Assembly (NCBI GenBank): GCA_964247055.1 | Contig: OZ176053.1 | Coordinates: 4,092,001-4,156,000 of the forward strand | Origin: Paragordius varius | Taxonomy: Eukaryota > Animalia > Nematomorpha | DNA: 64,000 nt | Direction: 5' to 3' | Part shown: piece by piece, positions 60,398-64,000 of the stretch | How positions within the stretch are numbered: the first letter of the stretch is position 1 | Layout: each line of letters opens with the position of its first letter | The notes under the pieces: model-generated | What the model saw: the letters and a program-made list of their open reading frames with translations, nothing else | The model's database searches: none | Told to the model about the DNA's origin: nothing | Program-made: the position numbers and the translations under genes

Positions 60398-63300
60398 TTT
60401 TTAAATTTGATTCTTATATAATGATTAGATATTTTTATTTGATAAACATCTACTTTATTAATCAAAGCTCTTTGTATTTCAAACAAACGTTCCAATAAGT
60501 TTGGGACATGAATTGTGGAAAATATGACAAGAATTATCCGTATAATCCCAAGGACCAAAACTCTATCATGTTCATGTTGAGCGGTAAACTAAATATGTTG
60601 TAAAGATATTTTCGAATAATATCGTAACTATTGTTGAATGTGATTTTTAAATTTTTTGATTAAAATCATACCTCTATAAATAAATCCAATGTATTGAGAA
60701 CAATATGCAATATATTTTCACCAAATTCCGTATTTTCATCGCAAAATTTGAGGATATTTGATGTATAACTTGTGGAATCATTAACTGTGTCCGATTTTTT
60801 GCTATAGTCAAAAAAATATACAATTAATATTCCTCGCCAGTATGGTGAAAATCAAATTTTACAGCTAATTTCAACTATTTATTTAATGTAATAAAATAAA
60901 AAAAATTACGGAGCGCTTTTTGCCTGAACTATCGGATTGAGATGTGAAACCATTTTCCACGACTCTTTTTTCCATCTTAAAGGGGTAGTAGGTCCACCGG
61001 TTTTTCTTTTATTATCTAAACCACTATCTTTGTTTTCTTCATTATCCTTACTCCGTGCAATCATACATGATCTGGCATTTTTGGTACCTAAAATGGATTC
61101 TTTCAATTGGGCTTTTATCCGTTCCGTACTGACTTTTTGTAGCAGTGTGTGTTTTTGTCCCTCAATGTATGCATTACATAGGCACACAATTGATATGTAT
61201 ATAAGTTCCAAAAATTCACCCAATTTCCACAAACTCAACTGCGACCAAAACTGGAGGAGTGATTCACGTGTCAAATTTTCTAGGAGCCAAATAAACCCAA
61301 GTAAAACTGTTTTGAGAAATTCTTCCGATAACTGATAACTAGAAGCGACTGAAAGTTTTTGTATGATATCATCCGTTAAACTTAGTCTGTTTGGTTCATT
61401 GAAAAAGATTGCATATAATGGACTACCGAAAGAACTCGACTCACCTAACATAATGGTATTGGTTTTAAGGTTTGTTAAAATAAGCGCGCAAAAAATGAAA
61501 TATCTAATTACAAATTTTATTTTTAACAAATCTTTCATCAAAATGTGAATACATCATTGATAATTAACATAAATAGGCGATATATCTCGCAACAGTTTAC
61601 AAAAATATAACATTAGGAATGTTAGCATTTTAAAGTTATTAAAAGGTTAATTTAGCGAAAACACGTTTTTAAAATTAATTCAACCTTTATCATCAGTTAT
61701 AGATCCATCAAGTGATATATCTTTCATCAATTGTCTCACTGTTTTACTCATTTGAGGTACGGCATCAATACAAATATCTATAATAAATATTTTAACAAAC
61801 AAATCATACTTAAGAACGGTAAAAATATAGTTATTAGATTTCCTTTGTTTGCACCATGTAAATTGACGTATGAGAGGGTAGCTTGATTCGTAACAAGTGT
61901 TTGATAATTAAAATTACTGTTTTTAACCGATTTCTGTAATGTTGATTCTTTAATTATCTCATAAACGCTAAATATTAATAGCACATTTTCCATAGCATCT
62001 TTTTGACAAACAGTTACATGCATATTTAAACTTTCCAACAAATTTTTGATAATATAGGTAACCAAATACTTTGTGTATACTTCTTTTTTGCTATCATTTA
62101 CATCTCGATTCATGACACTGAGAATGAGAGAGTTTATAAATTGATTTTGACAAATACATACATCAGTTGGATTAGTGTCAACTATAGAAAACTGCTCAAA
62201 GCTCTTAACATAAGTTGCGATGAGACTAACAACTATTTCACAATCAAGCAACTCCATAAGTTGACCAATAAAATGTCCAATGTTGTAATTCAAATCATAT
62301 ATCAAGTTCCTCGCTACTGTATTTTTTGATTTCCCATTTTTATCATTTAGCGTGGTTGGTAAATTGGGTGTATTTGTCAATCGTTGATGCAATTCCGCGG
62401 AAACCATGCCAATAAGGGAAGATAAATCATCCAAGAATGGTTGCGAATACGTACATTTGTTCGGACAGTTAGAAGTGTTTATGGTCATTAAAGTGCTGCT
62501 AGTTTGCGACGAATTCGTATGTTGTGATTGTGATTTGTAATGTATCATACTCTGTATGATAAGGTTAAAAAAGATGTATGAATTGTTAAGCGAATTCTCT
62601 TTAACATCTCCGCTTGAAACTACCCACTGCAAAGCAATTTCTTCATGCAAAATTCGTTGTTTTACGATAACAGCCGTTCCAAACGAAGGGTGAGATTGCT
62701 TATTTATTAACTGATTAAAATCATGTTTGCTTAAATCATTTTTATCGAAATCTAATTTATATCCAATGTTTGTGGTAAATTCATTTTTGTTATTGGATAA
62801 ATTATTGGTACTTGATAAAGTACGTTGATTATAAATATCTTCATAATCTAGCGAAATGTTTCCCGAAAATCCTTTCTTCATTTTTCGACCCAGTGTACCA
62901 TAAGTCTTGGGTATTTCATTTACAGCAGGTTGGTCAAACATTTCGGCAGCTATCAAAGGATTGCTGTGTGAAACCATTTTTGAAAAAGTTTTTTCTGGCA
63001 CCCAACTGTTAATGTAGGCATTAAGACAAGCCTCATAAAAATGTTTATTGCTAGTAAAATCACAATTTATGGGTAAGTTTTTGCTGTTGTTAGCGTTCAT
63101 TTCGGTTGTAACACTGTGAATGGTTTTACCTCTACTACCATGATTATTCCGAAGAAACTCTACCATATAAGCTAAGGATTCAAAAGCAAGAGGGGCCCAA
63201 CTTATGAGATGGTCATCGTGACTCGGCTCACATACAACATATTGACACGCAATAAAATGAACGAATTCATCCAACAATGTAAATAATACGGGATATATAT

Positions 63301-63796
63301 GTTCAGCGGTATCCGTTGTTAAATTTTTTAATGCCATAAGTGATTCACGAACACATAAATCAATTTTAGAGGCTAAATCACGTCTTTGATCATGACCTAG
63401 GGGTGGACTCGTGAGATAGGGGTGATGATTACCCAAAATATATTTTTGCATGAAAGCTTGAAAACATGGATGTAAAGCATTAGCATTATTGTATTGGGTT
63501 GTAAGCATATGCCTCAAATATAACATTATATTGGTGCGAGATTCGGTAGTAAATAAGGTTGAATTAACCAAAAGTTCACAATCAAAAGCGGGTTTATGGG
63601 CATCTAACCATCGAATCGATGGTAAAGCTGTATGCGGATCAATGTTAGAATAATGGTTGGGTAGTTTATCCAGGGATATGGGGAGAGAATGTGGCCCAGT
63701 TCGGAACACAAATTGTTGGTAACTTAAAAGTGGTAACCAAGTGTACCCCAGGGATGTCAATGAATGGTTATCGGGCATGAGATATTGAAACTTTCC
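57984..63796 (-). CDS. DOCK7: DOCK-C subfamily (DOCK6/7/8-like) Rac/Cdc42 GEF, 5'-incomplete (continues beyond the window)
   Basis: DHR-1/C2 end LGYTWLPLL...LPISLDKLP...WLDAHKPAF; YPDIIFEEE. DHR-2 YFRVGFYG...EYIYKEP, RRFIFATPFT, YKRKTILTT, LTPIEVAIEDM and QGSLGPTVNMGP (nucleotide-sensor Val). A further exon fragment lies at about 63966-64000. Confidence 0.92.
60355..60393. repeat. (TA)n microsatellite next to a DOCK splice acceptor
   Basis: TA run lies about 9 nt upstream (minus strand) of the AG at 60345-60346. Confidence 0.85.
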
Positions 63797-64000
63797 CTGT
63801 AACATATTCAGTTTAAAAGATAATAATATGAATTATATGTGTTACAAAAAAATTATAGATATTTGGGAAATATACCAATCATAAAACTATGTAAGACAGT
63901 AAATTTGATTTTGTTTAACAAAAATTATTATATTCATATAACATTAAAATGCGCATATTATTAACCTTCCGGTATAATGTTTCGTCATTAAGTTTACCAG

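Noticed and set aside
1-64000. tRNA, rRNA and major spliceosomal snRNA genes
   Set aside because: No cloverleaf or U1/U2/U4/U5/U6/5S consensus recognised by eye; tRNAscan-SE and cmscan would be needed to exclude divergent copies.

Overview
Very AT-rich (roughly a quarter GC by eye) eukaryotic, almost certainly metazoan, genomic DNA with a compact gene architecture. Many spliceosomal introns are only 21-33 nt long; the longer introns carry transposon debris. Nine genes were decoded by hand: HDHD5/CECR5-like HAD hydrolase (+), nibrin/NBS1 (-), a 24-exon NuMA-like coiled-coil protein (+), a secretory JmjC/cupin oxygenase (-), an intronless ADAM10-like metalloprotease (-), USB1 (-), PAXBP1/GCFC2 (+), an intronless KCTD/BTB protein (+) and the 3' part of a DOCK6/7/8-type GEF (-). 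Mobile DNA comprises a dead RTE-clade LINE, two related non-autonomous Helitrons, piggyBac-like TTAA elements, hAT and Tc1-like MITEs, and a 5.1-kb fold-back palindrome with CAC[A/G]GTG termini around a ~110-bp minisatellite. The most striking observations are: (1) the NuMA rod is built from a three-exon module (about 255/152/196 nt) present three times, with the symmetric exon amplified fivefold in the third copy; (2) two head-to-head gene pairs have start codons only 24 bp (USB1/PAXBP1) and 50 bp (NBS1/NuMA) apart; (3) 21-22-nt introns, including a GC-AG one; (4) the palindrome has an abrupt inner zone of near-identity and a lopsided 3-versus-25-unit satellite; (5) the ADAM10-like protease ends in a GPI-signal-like tail. 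A reduced parasitic invertebrate (orthonectid/dicyemid-like) origin is an inference only. No tRNA, rRNA or CRISPR array was seen. Gene models are manual and lack transcript support.
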